From a virus: a DNA stretch of 54,099 nucleotides. Position 1 is the stretch's first letter. The number at the start of each line of letters is the position of its first letter. The stretch is from positions 1 through 54,099 of IMG/VR virus record IMGVR_UViG_3300022212_000093, one strand, 5' to 3'. A program made the translations under genes and the position numbers. Below the pieces are notes generated by a model. That model made no database searches. It saw only the letters and a list, made by a program, of their open reading frames with translations, and was not told the DNA's origin. This document shows, in pieces, positions 1 to 9,532 of this stretch.

Positions 1-119
1 TGGACAGCCGGATTATCCTCGCAGTATCAAATTCGCATTCGCGTCTCATGCTAACATTACAGCGTTTTCAATAACGATAACGGGCATAAATTCTTTAGGG
101 GCTAAAGTTTCAGAAACTT
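1..119 (+). repeat. Terminal direct repeat, copy 1 (circularisation overlap)
   Basis: Identical to 53981-54099; lies inside an ORF that reads through the junction. Confidence 0.97.
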
Positions 120-427
120 TTACTGAAAGTGATGGATGGAGTTTTGAAACGCGTTGGGCATATTCGAGAATATTATCAATTACGATGACATCTCGAACTG
201 GAACGGGTGCATCAGACACGATTAATGTAGGCACAGGCGACCGTTTAGGATTATCGAACTTAGTGTTCCCAGGAATGACTATATACAAGGCCTTGAAAAA
301 TGGTGTGGATTATACAGGGTGGTCGATATCCGCAGTACCATATTCATATGTTTCTGTAGCGGCAGGAGGCGCAATAGTCGACGGGGATGATTTTATTTTT
401 TATTATAACTATGGGAACACGGTCTAA
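2..427 (+). CDS. C-terminal part of the beta-helix spike/adhesin protein that starts at 52383 and wraps the circular junction
   Basis: Frame starting at base 2 is open (GQPDYPRSIKFAF...YYNYGNTV*) and in frame with 52383; the track ORF 185-427 is only its tail. Confidence 0.9.
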   Translation, partial: GQPDYPRSIKFAFASHANITAFSITITGINSLGAKVSETFTESDGWSFETRWAYSRILSITMTSRTGTGASDTINVGTGDRLGLSNLVFPGMTIYKALKNGVDYTGWSISAVPYSYVSVAAGGAIVDGDDFIFYYNYGNTV

Positions 428-466
428 ACATGGTTTGCGGGTGGTGTTATTAATAAGGTGATCTAA

Positions 467-586
467 ATGGCTCAGAAAAGGGCGAACGACATGGCAGACA
501 AAAGTATTGTCCGGTCACTTGTTACCGCTTTGAATAAGACTGTAGGTATTGATTTCGAGGGCGAGGTTGAACTGATAGAAGAGTGA
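467..586 (+). CDS. Small hypothetical protein (39 aa)
   Basis: AAGGTGA RBS before ATG 467; fills the gap between the spike gene and 594. Confidence 0.6.
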   Translation: MAQKRANDMADKSIVRSLVTALNKTVGIDFEGEVELIEE

Positions 587-593
587 GGATATC

Positions 594-1568
594 ATGGTAA
601 CTTACATAGAAAACGACAGGCTGCCCTGGAAAGGTATTTCATGGGTTTGGTGTCAGGGACCACGAGTAGATCGCTCGAATGCATGGGTTGACGACAACGG
701 CGACCTCAATCTGAGGATGCAGAAGTTCGATGGCATCTACAAAGGGGTATTATTCGAAACACCGACTCCATACCTATATGGGCGTATAAGGTGGACGGCA
801 AGCTCCCCAACGCTCAACATCGAGAGAAACGCGTGCCTGGGTCTCTACACCTACTATGACGACCCCAACACCTCAATTCCCAATGAGCTTGATATCGAAA
901 TAAACCAGTGGCCTGGATACGATGAGCGTATCTGGTTTTCCTGCCATCCTGCAAGCATCGACTCGCACCCTGAAAATATCCACTATGGTTGTCTGAGCAC
1001 CAACCCATATGTTAACGATAGCGGCTGCGTCTATACAATAGAGTGGACACCCACTTATGTTTATTATTCAGTAGTTGCCTCGGACGGCACGACAATATTA
1101 GAGTGGAACTATACAGGCGACGATATTCCGCATACAAGCGCGTATATCTGCATGTTTTTTGGGGTGCTCGCGCAGGGAGCAGGCCCCACAAGTGGCAACC
1201 CCATAACCATAAAATTCTCAAATTTCGAATACGACAGCATGCGGATAGCTGCGAATTTCAACGCGCCTGTCCGTAGCGGGACAACTGATACTACATTCAG
1301 TTTTTCAGACACTTCGACAGGGTTACCAAGATCGTGGCTCTGGAATTTTGGAGATGGAACAACTTCAACAGAGCAAAATCCTACACATCGATACACTTCT
1401 CCTGGCACTTACACAGTCACACTGACAGCGACCAATGCCGTTTCAACCGATACTGAAACGAAAACGGCATACATCACGGTTTTCGAAGCGGGGTCGAATG
1501 GAACATCAGAAGCAGAAAAGGTTTATATAAAACTAAGAATCGAGGGCACGGTAACAATACAAACTTAA
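594..1568 (+). CDS. GH16-like glycoside hydrolase with C-terminal PKD domain
   Basis: ELDIE matches the GH16 E-x-D-x-E catalytic motif; WLWNFGDGTTSTEQNPTHRYTSPGTYTVTLTATN is a typical PKD signature. Confidence 0.8.
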   Translation: MVTYIENDRLPWKGISWVWCQGPRVDRSNAWVDDNGDLNLRMQKFDGIYKGVLFETPTPYLYGRIRWTASSPTLNIERNACLGLYTYYDDPNTSIPNELDIEINQWPGYDERIWFSCHPASIDSHPENIHYGCLSTNPYVNDSGCVYTIEWTPTYVYYSVVASDGTTILEWNYTGDDIPHTSAYICMFFGVLAQGAGPTSGNPITIKFSNFEYDSMRIAANFNAPVRSGTTDTTFSFSDTSTGLPRSWLWNFGDGTTSTEQNPTHRYTSPGTYTVTLTATNAVSTDTETKTAYITVFEAGSNGTSEAEKVYIKLRIEGTVTIQT

Positions 1569-1572
1569 AACC

Positions 1573-2457
1573 ATGAACCTGCTCCACTCCCCCGAGATAT
1601 ATAAACTAGAATCTCGGTATGTTTCTCTTTTTGATAGGACAATTAAGAAGGGCTTTAAGGGTGCAGCAGCTCCGGCTCTCCTTGCAAAGGTTAAGAATCA
1701 GTTTAGGAGTGCTACCTTTCGGGTACAGCTCGACAAGATACTCGACGACCTAGTCCTCCTAGCCGTCGACTACGCAGATAAACAGATAACCGGCGAAGTC
1801 TCGGCAGCTACACGGGCAAAACTCAGCCGTTCATATATGTCTGCAGCTTCCGAGGTCTTACCTCTTACTGAGGAGCTAGTCAGGCTGTCAGTAGAACTCG
1901 CCGAGCAGATAGTCGAGTCTATTGTCATATTATTGAAAGAAGAGGGAATTTATCAGGAGCACCCCAACCAGCTAGCAAAAAGAATTATGGAACTATGGGA
2001 CGGGGAAAAATACAGGGCCGTAAGATTCGCCAGGACGTTTTCGGCGGACGTCGCTAATAACTCAACCCTTCACAGATACAGACAGCATAAAATAAGGGCC
2101 TGGGAATTCCGGGCGAAGCTCGACAACAAAACATCTATTCAATGTCAAATGCTCCACGGAACTATTTTTTATACTGACTCTGAGAGCTCCGACCAATACC
2201 GGCCCCCTCTACATTTTCATTGTAGGTCTAGTATGTTTCCTATTCCGATAACCAGGGAGATAGACCAGGCTTTAGTCTACGAAAACCGGGATTTCTCAAA
2301 GCTCAGGGACCAGGACACCGAGCTCGACCCGGATGTTATTATAAAAGGCCTGGCAGATATCTCGAAGTTTAAAGAAAAACATACCATCGATAAATTTATT
2401 CTGCAGGAAGACATCGAGAAAAGGCTCCTTAAACTAAAGCTGGGAATCGAAAACTAA
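1573..2457 (+). CDS. Head morphogenesis protein (SPP1 gp7 / MuF-like)
   Basis: WEFRAKLDNKTSIQCQMLHG ... RPPLHFHCRS motif of the MuF/gp7 family. Confidence 0.85.
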   Translation: MNLLHSPEIYKLESRYVSLFDRTIKKGFKGAAAPALLAKVKNQFRSATFRVQLDKILDDLVLLAVDYADKQITGEVSAATRAKLSRSYMSAASEVLPLTEELVRLSVELAEQIVESIVILLKEEGIYQEHPNQLAKRIMELWDGEKYRAVRFARTFSADVANNSTLHRYRQHKIRAWEFRAKLDNKTSIQCQMLHGTIFYTDSESSDQYRPPLHFHCRSSMFPIPITREIDQALVYENRDFSKLRDQDTELDPDVIIKGLADISKFKEKHTIDKFILQEDIEKRLLKLKLGIEN

Positions 2458-2524
2458 AGGGTCGATTTCCCAAAAAACAGCACCAGGAGAAAACAAAGAG
2501 GAAGAAAAAAAGAAATGGTGGAAA

Positions 2525-2668
2525 TCACCGACGTTTTTTAAATCTATTCTTATCTAGGGCTTTACAGGTTCCACAGTATCCCGAGGCTTCCAGGTAGCAA
2601 TTACATGTAGGGCTATCATCGTCTCGGTGCATGCAAACGCTCCAGTAATTACACCTAAAGGGGTTCAT
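2525..2668 (-). CDS. Cys-rich microprotein (47 aa), possibly metal-binding
   Basis: ATGA overlap with the upstream stop; MNPFRCNYWSVCMHRDDDSPTCNCYLEASGYCGTCKALDKNRFKKRR, 6 Cys. Confidence 0.5.
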   Translation of the reverse strand: MNPFRCNYWSVCMHRDDDSPTCNCYLEASGYCGTCKALDKNRFKKRR

Positions 2669-2919
2669 TGATAGCACCATTTTGGAAACTCTATTTTATA
2701 CTCGTCCAGGCTGGCGGTTCTTTTCTGTTTCTTCCACTCTTCTTTTTTCTCGGGCTTAGATCCCTCGACGAGCTTATCATTTATAAAGATCCCGAGCACC
2801 TCAAAGCCCGAGAGCTGCTTTAAATATTTAACTAGATTCTCTGCCTCTTCCATTGACTCTTTAGGCATAACAACGAGCCCGGAGGATCTGGTCTTATATT
2901 TAACTTCAATTTTACTCAT
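2665..2919 (-). CDS. Hypothetical protein
   Basis: GAGGTGA RBS, ATG start, co-oriented downstream of the integrase. Confidence 0.65.
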   Translation of the reverse strand: MSKIEVKYKTRSSGLVVMPKESMEEAENLVKYLKQLSGFEVLGIFINDKLVEGSKPEKKEEWKKQKRTASLDEYKIEFPKWCYQ

Positions 2920-2984
2920 TATGTCTCACCTGTTAACGTTTTCTAATTTACGCGGGGGAAATTTCTTTTTTATCCTCCTCCGGC

Positions 2985-3569
2985 TTAACCTCCGAGTATT
3001 CCCCATTCAGTAAGCCTTTTTCTTATGTCTCTCATTTCGTAATCAGTAAACGATAAACTCTGATAATGCCTTAAACTTGTCACTGGATCATGCCCTTGTC
3101 TGGAATATATTTCTATTTCAGGGATTCCGGCTTTTAACATCCAGGATTCAATAGTCTTTCTAGGTGTCTTAGGCCCAATCTTAGGCTCTATACCGGCTTT
3201 TTGTGACCATCTCTTTAGGTTCTTATTCCAGACATCCCGATGAGGCGGTCTAGGAGCTTCTAGGAAAGCCTTGAATAAATAAGGAAAAGTAGAGGGCAAT
3301 TTGTCTATAGTCCTCTTTACAAGCTTCTGCTTGACCTTCTTCTGTGCGTCCGGTGGTAAGATAATCTGGTTTCTCTCCTTGTGATACCAGCTTGGGTTAT
3401 CATGCAGCCTTTGCAGCTCAATGTATCGAAGTCCTGTGATTACATTGAGTTCGAAGGCTGGTCTATATGTTTTGCCTTGTTTTTTTTCAGGGATGAATTG
3501 AAGAAATTTATCGTATTCTTCGACGGTTAGGACTTTTGTGCCGTCGCCGGTTACTAGACCGTTATCCAT
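2985..3569 (-). CDS. int: Tyrosine recombinase/integrase, catalytic domain only (194 aa)
   Basis: TGLR (Arg I), KTPR (H/K-x-x-R), and GH...HY (His, catalytic Tyr). Confidence 0.85.
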   Translation of the reverse strand: MDNGLVTGDGTKVLTVEEYDKFLQFIPEKKQGKTYRPAFELNVITGLRYIELQRLHDNPSWYHKERNQIILPPDAQKKVKQKLVKRTIDKLPSTFPYLFKAFLEAPRPPHRDVWNKNLKRWSQKAGIEPKIGPKTPRKTIESWMLKAGIPEIEIYSRQGHDPVTSLRHYQSLSFTDYEMRDIRKRLTEWGILGG

Positions 3570-3579
3570 ATATCACACC

Positions 3580-4557
3580 TCATAAAAACGAATCCTCTCC
3601 GTAGAACGCTTTGTTATCACGGTTTGCTTCTATGATTTTGCTCCACCATTCATCTTTTATTTTTTCGTTAACATCGCCCACCCACCATTCATACGAACAC
3701 GCTTCATCCATTATTGTACAAAATAGCTGGTCTGGAATGCCACCCGGTTTATTTACCCAAGAATACTGTTTTAGTTTTTCTTCGAGAAGTTTCTCATGGC
3801 GTTCTTCTCTAGCCATTACTCGATCCCATTCTTCGTTGAATTCTTCTGTAAAAAAATAATCATCATCGGTATCTTCTGTAGTAAAATAATCATCATCGGT
3901 ACTTTTAGTTTGTATTATAGGAGTCTCACCGTGTTCAAACCTTGCCGACTTTGCAGCTTTTAAAGCGATGTTCACACGGTTGTTTTGTTGACCTTCGAAA
4001 GCATCGACCCACATACCATCTGGCAAATTATGCGAAATAAGTCGTTTCATTTCAGTTCCGGCAGATTCCGCGCCCCACCCCGCGTCTACCAAATCTGTAT
4101 TATAACAATGTGTAAACTTTAATCCAGAATCAAAAAACGCAAGGCTTGATATATGCACTCCTTTATAATGTTGGATACACGGGAACTCTATAATCATATC
4201 CTTATTACTTGGAATCCAAATATTAGATAAAATTAAAATTCCTCTTTCAGTTTGCCAACTATCTGCAACATCAGGCAATTGCCCTCCATAATCTACAGCA
4301 TTTGCCAACATCGCCCAATAATCCACCGTTACATTTTCTAAATCACCCTTTACTTCCACCCATGTTTTTGTTTCTGGAAGGTAAAAATCTGGAAGGTAAT
4401 ACCACGTTTTACTGCTACAAAAGTCTTCGATTTCATATCCTTCTTTTTCATACTCATACTTAATCCCTAGAGTATCAAAGAATACAGCCCATCTAGCTTC
4501 TAATCGGCTTCTAAACCTATACCCATTGTATACCGTTTCAATTGGCTTAATTTCCAT
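3580..4557 (-). CDS. PD-(D/E)XK nuclease family protein with acidic C-terminal extension
   Basis: FRSRLEARWAVFFD..YEYE.EG and YLPDFYLP...WVEVKG motifs; internal 30 bp tandem duplication encoding TDDDYF twice. Confidence 0.75.
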   Translation of the reverse strand: MEIKPIETVYNGYRFRSRLEARWAVFFDTLGIKYEYEKEGYEIEDFCSSKTWYYLPDFYLPETKTWVEVKGDLENVTVDYWAMLANAVDYGGQLPDVADSWQTERGILILSNIWIPSNKDMIIEFPCIQHYKGVHISSLAFFDSGLKFTHCYNTDLVDAGWGAESAGTEMKRLISHNLPDGMWVDAFEGQQNNRVNIALKAAKSARFEHGETPIIQTKSTDDDYFTTEDTDDDYFFTEEFNEEWDRVMAREERHEKLLEEKLKQYSWVNKPGGIPDQLFCTIMDEACSYEWWVGDVNEKIKDEWWSKIIEANRDNKAFYGEDSFL

Positions 4558-4813
4558 AAGTATACCTCTTCACTAGCTAAACAACGACATAATATAAAAA
4601 GGTAGCTATTTTTAATTATAAAAATATTAATATTAATCTATAAGTAAATTTACTTATATACTCAAAAAAGTTAATAATTGAAATCACTACATTTTATCTT
4701 AAAAGGTAGTTATTTTAAAAAGAAAAGAAGAGTTAAAAACGTATCTCTCCATTCTCGGAAAACGTCATATTAATTAAGTTCCAGTAAACTTTTTTAATTC
4801 CATCATTTCGTTA

Positions 4814-5173
4814 CTATTTTGAGCTCGTATTATTTTTCTGGGTGCTGTTATTTGCCCCCTTGGGTATTCCTATCCCTGAGCTGCTGTAGTCCTTCGCCTT
4901 ATCTACTAGCTGAGTGCAGGCAGCCCGGGTGTTTATAATCTGCCCGCTTTCCCGAGGCACGCTTATATTATTAGCTTTCTCTTTCACCTGGTTCCTTATG
5001 GCCTGTTTAAGCTTCTCCTCATCCTGGACTATCTCAACAGTATCACGGACCGGATTTTTAACAGTATAATTTATCTTCTCTGCACTCTGTCCGGTTTCAG
5101 TCTTTTCACTCGCAGCACCTACCAAAAAAAGCAAGAGGAGCGCAACCAATAGCGCTTTTATGTATCTATTCAA
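4814..5173 (-). CDS. Secreted/surface hypothetical protein
   Basis: N-terminal signal peptide MNRYIKALLVALLLLFLVGAAS. Confidence 0.7.
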   Translation of the reverse strand: MNRYIKALLVALLLLFLVGAASEKTETGQSAEKINYTVKNPVRDTVEIVQDEEKLKQAIRNQVKEKANNISVPRESGQIINTRAACTQLVDKAKDYSSSGIGIPKGANNSTQKNNTSSK

Positions 5174-5211
5174 GAGATTTAAACCTCCACATTTTAATGA
5201 TATATTTAAAC

Positions 5212-5236
5212 AACACTAAAATTTAAATAACTTTCC
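5212..5236 (+). promoter_or_regulatory. Promoter with AACACTAAAA box directly upstream of a TATA box (TTTAAATA)
   Basis: Same AACACTAAAA-TTTAWATA-CTTTC layout as 7240-7263. Confidence 0.55.
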
Positions 5237-5245
5237 GACGTTTAA

Positions 5246-7138
5246 ATGTATATGAGTCTCCGGGAAACATTTATTTTATTCTTATATTTGTCGTCTTTAT
5301 TTTTTACAGGGTTTTTTACAGGGACTGCGTCGGCTGCCGGTGATTACATCGTAAGCCCGACGGGAGCTACAAACGACCAGGACGTTATCAACAAAGCGAT
5401 TGAAGAAGCAAGCGAGAACGGAGGCGGTACTGTCTATCTTAACCCTGGTGTCTATCTCGTAGATGGTCCAGTAATTATAAAATCAAATATTCATCTTACC
5501 GGAGACCCAAACGCGATTATAAGGGTATCCTCCACCTCTTCGCAATGGTTTAAAGGACAGATCGGGGTAATATGCAACCCTAGGGAGTCTGTGCATAATG
5601 TCGAAATATCAGGCTTCCAGATCGACGGGAATATTGCAAACCTACCTCGAAGTTACGCGAATTCAAGAAGCGACACGCGACACGACTGCGAAAAACTTAT
5701 TTTAATAGGCGGTTGGCAAAGCAATTTTGGAAGCAATATCAAAATACATGATATGAAGTTGTATAATGCCTTTAGCGACGGAATTTATATTAGATTTTCT
5801 AAGGGAGTCGCATGTTATAATAATTTCATATCAAACTGCCAACATGAAGGGATTTTCTTTTCATGTGTGCTCAATGGTTCAATTTATAAAAATAAGATTG
5901 CAGGTATAACAAGCGACTGTGCCAGGCTCGATAACTGTCAGAACTGCAAAATACACGATAACATTTTTTTCGCATACACAGGGGACAGTTACGGAGCGTA
6001 TAAGGGCGGGCACAACGGTCTGCAAATAGGGAACGCGGGAGTCTCCCACGGGTACGATGCAAGAAATAAACCATTCAAAACAAAAAATATTGAAGTTTTT
6101 AACAACGTTTTCTCTGATCCTGGGCTTAGGGCTATCTGGTACCATGGCGGGGAAAACGTGTATATACATGATAACAAGTTTGTCAATGCTGAAGAACTCG
6201 AAACCCTGGGTATTCCAGTCGGCGACATATCCTTCGAGAACCAGCCGAGTGTCGAAATGACGGAAAAAGTCTTTGGGGGTCTTCTTGAGATCCTTAACAT
6301 CGATTTCGTCGATAATGCAAGATATAACCAAACTGAGGATAGTATCAAAATACCAGTAGAGGAAAGGGACAAAGGGAAGATAAGAGGAGGTATTGTTGTC
6401 GCAGGCTTCGCCGACGTCGTTTATAAAAACGGCGTGCCTTACATCCCGGATAACGAAAGCGTACTCGTTAAAGCGATCGCCATGCCTTCACCAGCCAATA
6501 CTTTTAATGCTGGGGTCCACGGGATAGAAAAGCAGATCGAGAAAGGGATCGAAAACGGGGAAGCCTACGCGAAAATGACCGTAACAATGCACTATACCGT
6601 AAGCAGCAAAAACTCAAAAGGGGAGAAGGTTAAAAAGCTAAAGACTACTAAGGAAGTCTTCGAGGCGAAGCGGGTACCAGCTCCGGCGGTCCTTCCTCGA
6701 CCTGATAAAGTAAATTTCCGAATAGATCAACATATAGGAATTAAAAATTATACCACGGTCGCACCTTACCCCTCGGTTCCGGAGGGCCTGCAGAGGGTAG
6801 AGTATGAATATGATGGGAAGATCGTAAAACACGTTTTAGAAGTCGGTGAACGCATAAGAGGGGATAACGGTATAATTCACACAAATATAACAGAGGTCAA
6901 TTATTGGGACGGAGATCTCGACCATTTCGGAGACGGCTTGTATATTGAAGGAGAATTCGACCAGGATAAACTAAAGATCAGAGCATATACGATTTATGAG
7001 GAGATCCCAACAGAGTCAGAGTATTTCCTACATGAGTACAAAGCTCAGAGGCTCCTAAGCTTCGATAATATTATTGTGATCCTTAAAATCTTCCTGACTC
7101 TCTTTGCTTTATACCAACTCTTAAAAATCGTTTTTTAA
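5246..7138 (+). CDS. Membrane-anchored right-handed beta-helix (pectate lyase/disaggregatase-like) surface protein
   Basis: Signal peptide, DQDVINKAIEEA..GGGTVYLNPGVY beta-helix cap, parallel beta-helix repeats, C-terminal hydrophobic anchor. Confidence 0.8.
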   Translation: MYMSLRETFILFLYLSSLFFTGFFTGTASAAGDYIVSPTGATNDQDVINKAIEEASENGGGTVYLNPGVYLVDGPVIIKSNIHLTGDPNAIIRVSSTSSQWFKGQIGVICNPRESVHNVEISGFQIDGNIANLPRSYANSRSDTRHDCEKLILIGGWQSNFGSNIKIHDMKLYNAFSDGIYIRFSKGVACYNNFISNCQHEGIFFSCVLNGSIYKNKIAGITSDCARLDNCQNCKIHDNIFFAYTGDSYGAYKGGHNGLQIGNAGVSHGYDARNKPFKTKNIEVFNNVFSDPGLRAIWYHGGENVYIHDNKFVNAEELETLGIPVGDISFENQPSVEMTEKVFGGLLEILNIDFVDNARYNQTEDSIKIPVEERDKGKIRGGIVVAGFADVVYKNGVPYIPDNESVLVKAIAMPSPANTFNAGVHGIEKQIEKGIENGEAYAKMTVTMHYTVSSKNSKGEKVKKLKTTKEVFEAKRVPAPAVLPRPDKVNFRIDQHIGIKNYTTVAPYPSVPEGLQRVEYEYDGKIVKHVLEVGERIRGDNGIIHTNITEVNYWDGDLDHFGDGLYIEGEFDQDKLKIRAYTIYEEIPTESEYFLHEYKAQRLLSFDNIIVILKIFLTLFALYQLLKIVF

Positions 7139-7219
7139 TTTTTAAGTATGTAGTTTATCCGAATAAATTACATACTCTTTTCTTTTATTTTTTCTTCTGA
7201 TAGTGTTTAAGTGTTCTTA

Positions 7220-7263
7220 TTTTAGTGTTGTATATAAAGAACACTAAAATTTATATACTTTCG
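7220..7263 (+). promoter_or_regulatory. Promoter with inverted TTTTAGTGTT / AACACTAAAA operator pair and TATA box (TTTATATA)
   Basis: 10 bp inverted repeat at 7220-7229 and 7240-7249, followed directly by the TATA box, upstream of the 7281 operon. Confidence 0.55.
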
Positions 7264-7280
7264 AGACATATTGGATTTAT

Positions 7281-7670
7281 ATGAAAACTAAACAAGTATT
7301 TACAGCTGCTGCCTGGTTATCCCTGGCAGGTTTGGCGAGCACAGCCTCGGCTGCAGTCTCGCAGAATGGCACGTCTGTGTATATCCAACCAGACGCAGTG
7401 AACGGGTACAATAAATTAACCCAGTTTAATTTGTTTGGCTATCTCCTAGATTTCTTGGATATAGTCAACTATCTGGTTTATATCGCGGCTATTATCGTCG
7501 CTCTTTATTGTACCTTGCTCGTTATCATCAACATAGTAAACGGGAAAAGAGACCCGAAAGCAATAAGGGACGAGCTGTCCGCTCAGGAAGGGCTCGTTAA
7601 GGTCGTAAAAATTATAGTTTATATGAAAGTTGCCTTAATGATTATCGACTTTGTCTTCTACATAACATAA
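7281..7670 (+). CDS. Small membrane protein, VirB2/TrbC pilin-like candidate
   Basis: Signal peptide plus two hydrophobic helices; first gene of the operon ending in the VirB4-like ATPase. Confidence 0.5.
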   Translation: MKTKQVFTAAAWLSLAGLASTASAAVSQNGTSVYIQPDAVNGYNKLTQFNLFGYLLDFLDIVNYLVYIAAIIVALYCTLLVIINIVNGKRDPKAIRDELSAQEGLVKVVKIIVYMKVALMIIDFVFYIT

Positions 7671-7686
7671 AAGGAGAGCGGAAACG

Positions 7687-8628
7687 ATGCGACTGCTTCC
7701 CATCTTCGGTATTATTTTTTTATTTTCTTTTTCAGTCGTCCCGGTCATGGCTGCAGACGACGATAATACTGCAGCTCTCAAAGGAATAATAACCGGGGCA
7801 TTTGACGACTGGGTTACAAAACAAGCGGACGGGCTGGTCAAGGACTCAAAGCTCGTAAGTTCAAACAATACCGGCGATGAGGCGAGAGTCGGCGTTTTCG
7901 ATTTCGTTGTCTCTCCAATAACAATATTAGAGGATGGAACCTTCCAGAAAGAGACAATACAAATTTTTATTATTTTGGCGAAAATCCTGGTTATTATTGT
8001 CGCTCTGCTTGCATTAGTGCAGATTTTAGACCCGGATGCAGCCGGGGGAATAACAGAATTTTTCCACGGCAGAGCGACATATTACGAGCCGAAAGACGTG
8101 TTTAAAACGGGAATAAACCTCGCCTTATGGTTCCTTTGTGGTCCAGGGATCTTAATCGGTATGTTTTGGCTCTGTAATAACTGGGTTGGCCGGATGGATA
8201 CTTCTGTCCTCGATCAGGTGATCGTCTCTTCAGATAACCTCCCTAATTATGTAATTTTTGGGTTATCTGCTAAGGGCCTTAAAATTTACATGTCGATAAG
8301 GACGGCTATACTGCTTTTTGCGTCAAGATATTGGTATTATCTAGGTATAATGCTCGCATGGAAAAAGACACGATGGGTAGGAATTCTTATTCTCGAATAT
8401 ATCGCGGTTCAGGTTTTCGTCCAGCCTGTTTTAGTTAGTCTGTTAACTGAAACGGTCGGCTACACTTTAGACGGAGGCTTCGGGTTCCTCGTTGATATGG
8501 TAGTATACGGAGGTCTAGCAATCTTAATGTCTTTAATATGTTTCGTGGCACTCACTTGCCCGGTGTGGATAAAATTGTTTAGTCCTAACACATTAAGGTC
8601 AGTTGTAGGGATCGCAAAAATCGCATAA
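7687..8628 (+). CDS. Polytopic membrane protein, VirB6/TrbL-like candidate
   Basis: Signal peptide plus several predicted TM segments; operon context. Confidence 0.55.
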   Translation: MRLLPIFGIIFLFSFSVVPVMAADDDNTAALKGIITGAFDDWVTKQADGLVKDSKLVSSNNTGDEARVGVFDFVVSPITILEDGTFQKETIQIFIILAKILVIIVALLALVQILDPDAAGGITEFFHGRATYYEPKDVFKTGINLALWFLCGPGILIGMFWLCNNWVGRMDTSVLDQVIVSSDNLPNYVIFGLSAKGLKIYMSIRTAILLFASRYWYYLGIMLAWKKTRWVGILILEYIAVQVFVQPVLVSLLTETVGYTLDGGFGFLVDMVVYGGLAILMSLICFVALTCPVWIKLFSPNTLRSVVGIAKIA

Positions 8629-8641
8629 GGAGGCTTATTAA

Positions 8642-9532
8642 ATGACCAACGCACCCCCCGCGACGTTGAAGAAGGCTTACACGGGGCTCTCAGGGACCAG
8701 GGAAAAATCAAAAAAATTCTTGATTTCCGCTGGGACTGCTTTTTTAGACCTGGAGCTCGCGAGCCGTGCAAGAGAGATATATCGAGTTTACGGGTATGAT
8801 AATTATCTACTTCATTTTTATATCGGACTCGGATTGGTGGTTACTGCCACCGTCTGGATCTGCTTAAAAGACGACGCGGTCTTTTATAAAGTCGGTAATT
8901 TCTTAGACTTTTTATACAGATGGATAATGAGAAAAGATTTCGTTTATAAACATGATGATAAAAAAACAAGCGACAAAGACATCGACGAGCACGTAAAAGT
9001 TAAGAAAATGTCTGAGCTCGGCATAATTTGGTTTAAGATCCTGACAATATACAAAAGATACAAGTGTAACACCGGGGTTATTTTCGTAGTCAATCCCCAG
9101 AACGTACAGGACCTCGATGAATTTAACGAGAACACTGCACTGCTTCTATACAGCCTGCAGCCTGGTATCCTGCAGAAATACCACACGATTCAGAGCCAAG
9201 ATATGAGCGACATAGCCGAGCAATACGAGGAAAGGCTCAAATTACCACCCGAGGAGCTGGGACCGGCTGAGAGAGTCGGGCTTTTTTACACCAAACAATT
9301 TTTACAAAGTCTTTCAGGGAGAGTTAACTGGGCTTATTTCATTTTCCTCGGTACTGGCTATTATACAGATGAAGAAAAAGCTAACCTGGAAGTATCTAGG
9401 ATTATTAAAGCCTATCAGCTCTTTCTCGAAAATTCCGGTATTGAGTCAAGGCTCATAACCTCGCCTTACGAGTACGAATTGATAACGAAGCAAATGAGGA
9501 GCATGAAAAACATAGGGGTGGTTACTGTATGA
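8642..9532 (+). CDS. Membrane protein with soluble C-terminal domain, VirB3/PrgI/TrsD-like candidate
   Basis: One hydrophobic segment near residue 55-75; overlaps the start of the VirB4-like gene, the usual position of VirB3/PrgI. Confidence 0.45.
   Translation: MTNAPPATLKKAYTGLSGTREKSKKFLISAGTAFLDLELASRAREIYRVYGYDNYLLHFYIGLGLVVTATVWICLKDDAVFYKVGNFLDFLYRWIMRKDFVYKHDDKKTSDKDIDEHVKVKKMSELGIIWFKILTIYKRYKCNTGVIFVVNPQNVQDLDEFNENTALLLYSLQPGILQKYHTIQSQDMSDIAEQYEERLKLPPEELGPAERVGLFYTKQFLQSLSGRVNWAYFIFLGTGYYTDEEKANLEVSRIIKAYQLFLENSGIESRLITSPYEYELITKQMRSMKNIGVVTV

Noticed and set aside
3851-3902. 30 bp-period duplication in the nuclease gene (TDDDYF twice)
   Set aside because: In-frame duplication in a low-complexity acidic linker; no sign of function.
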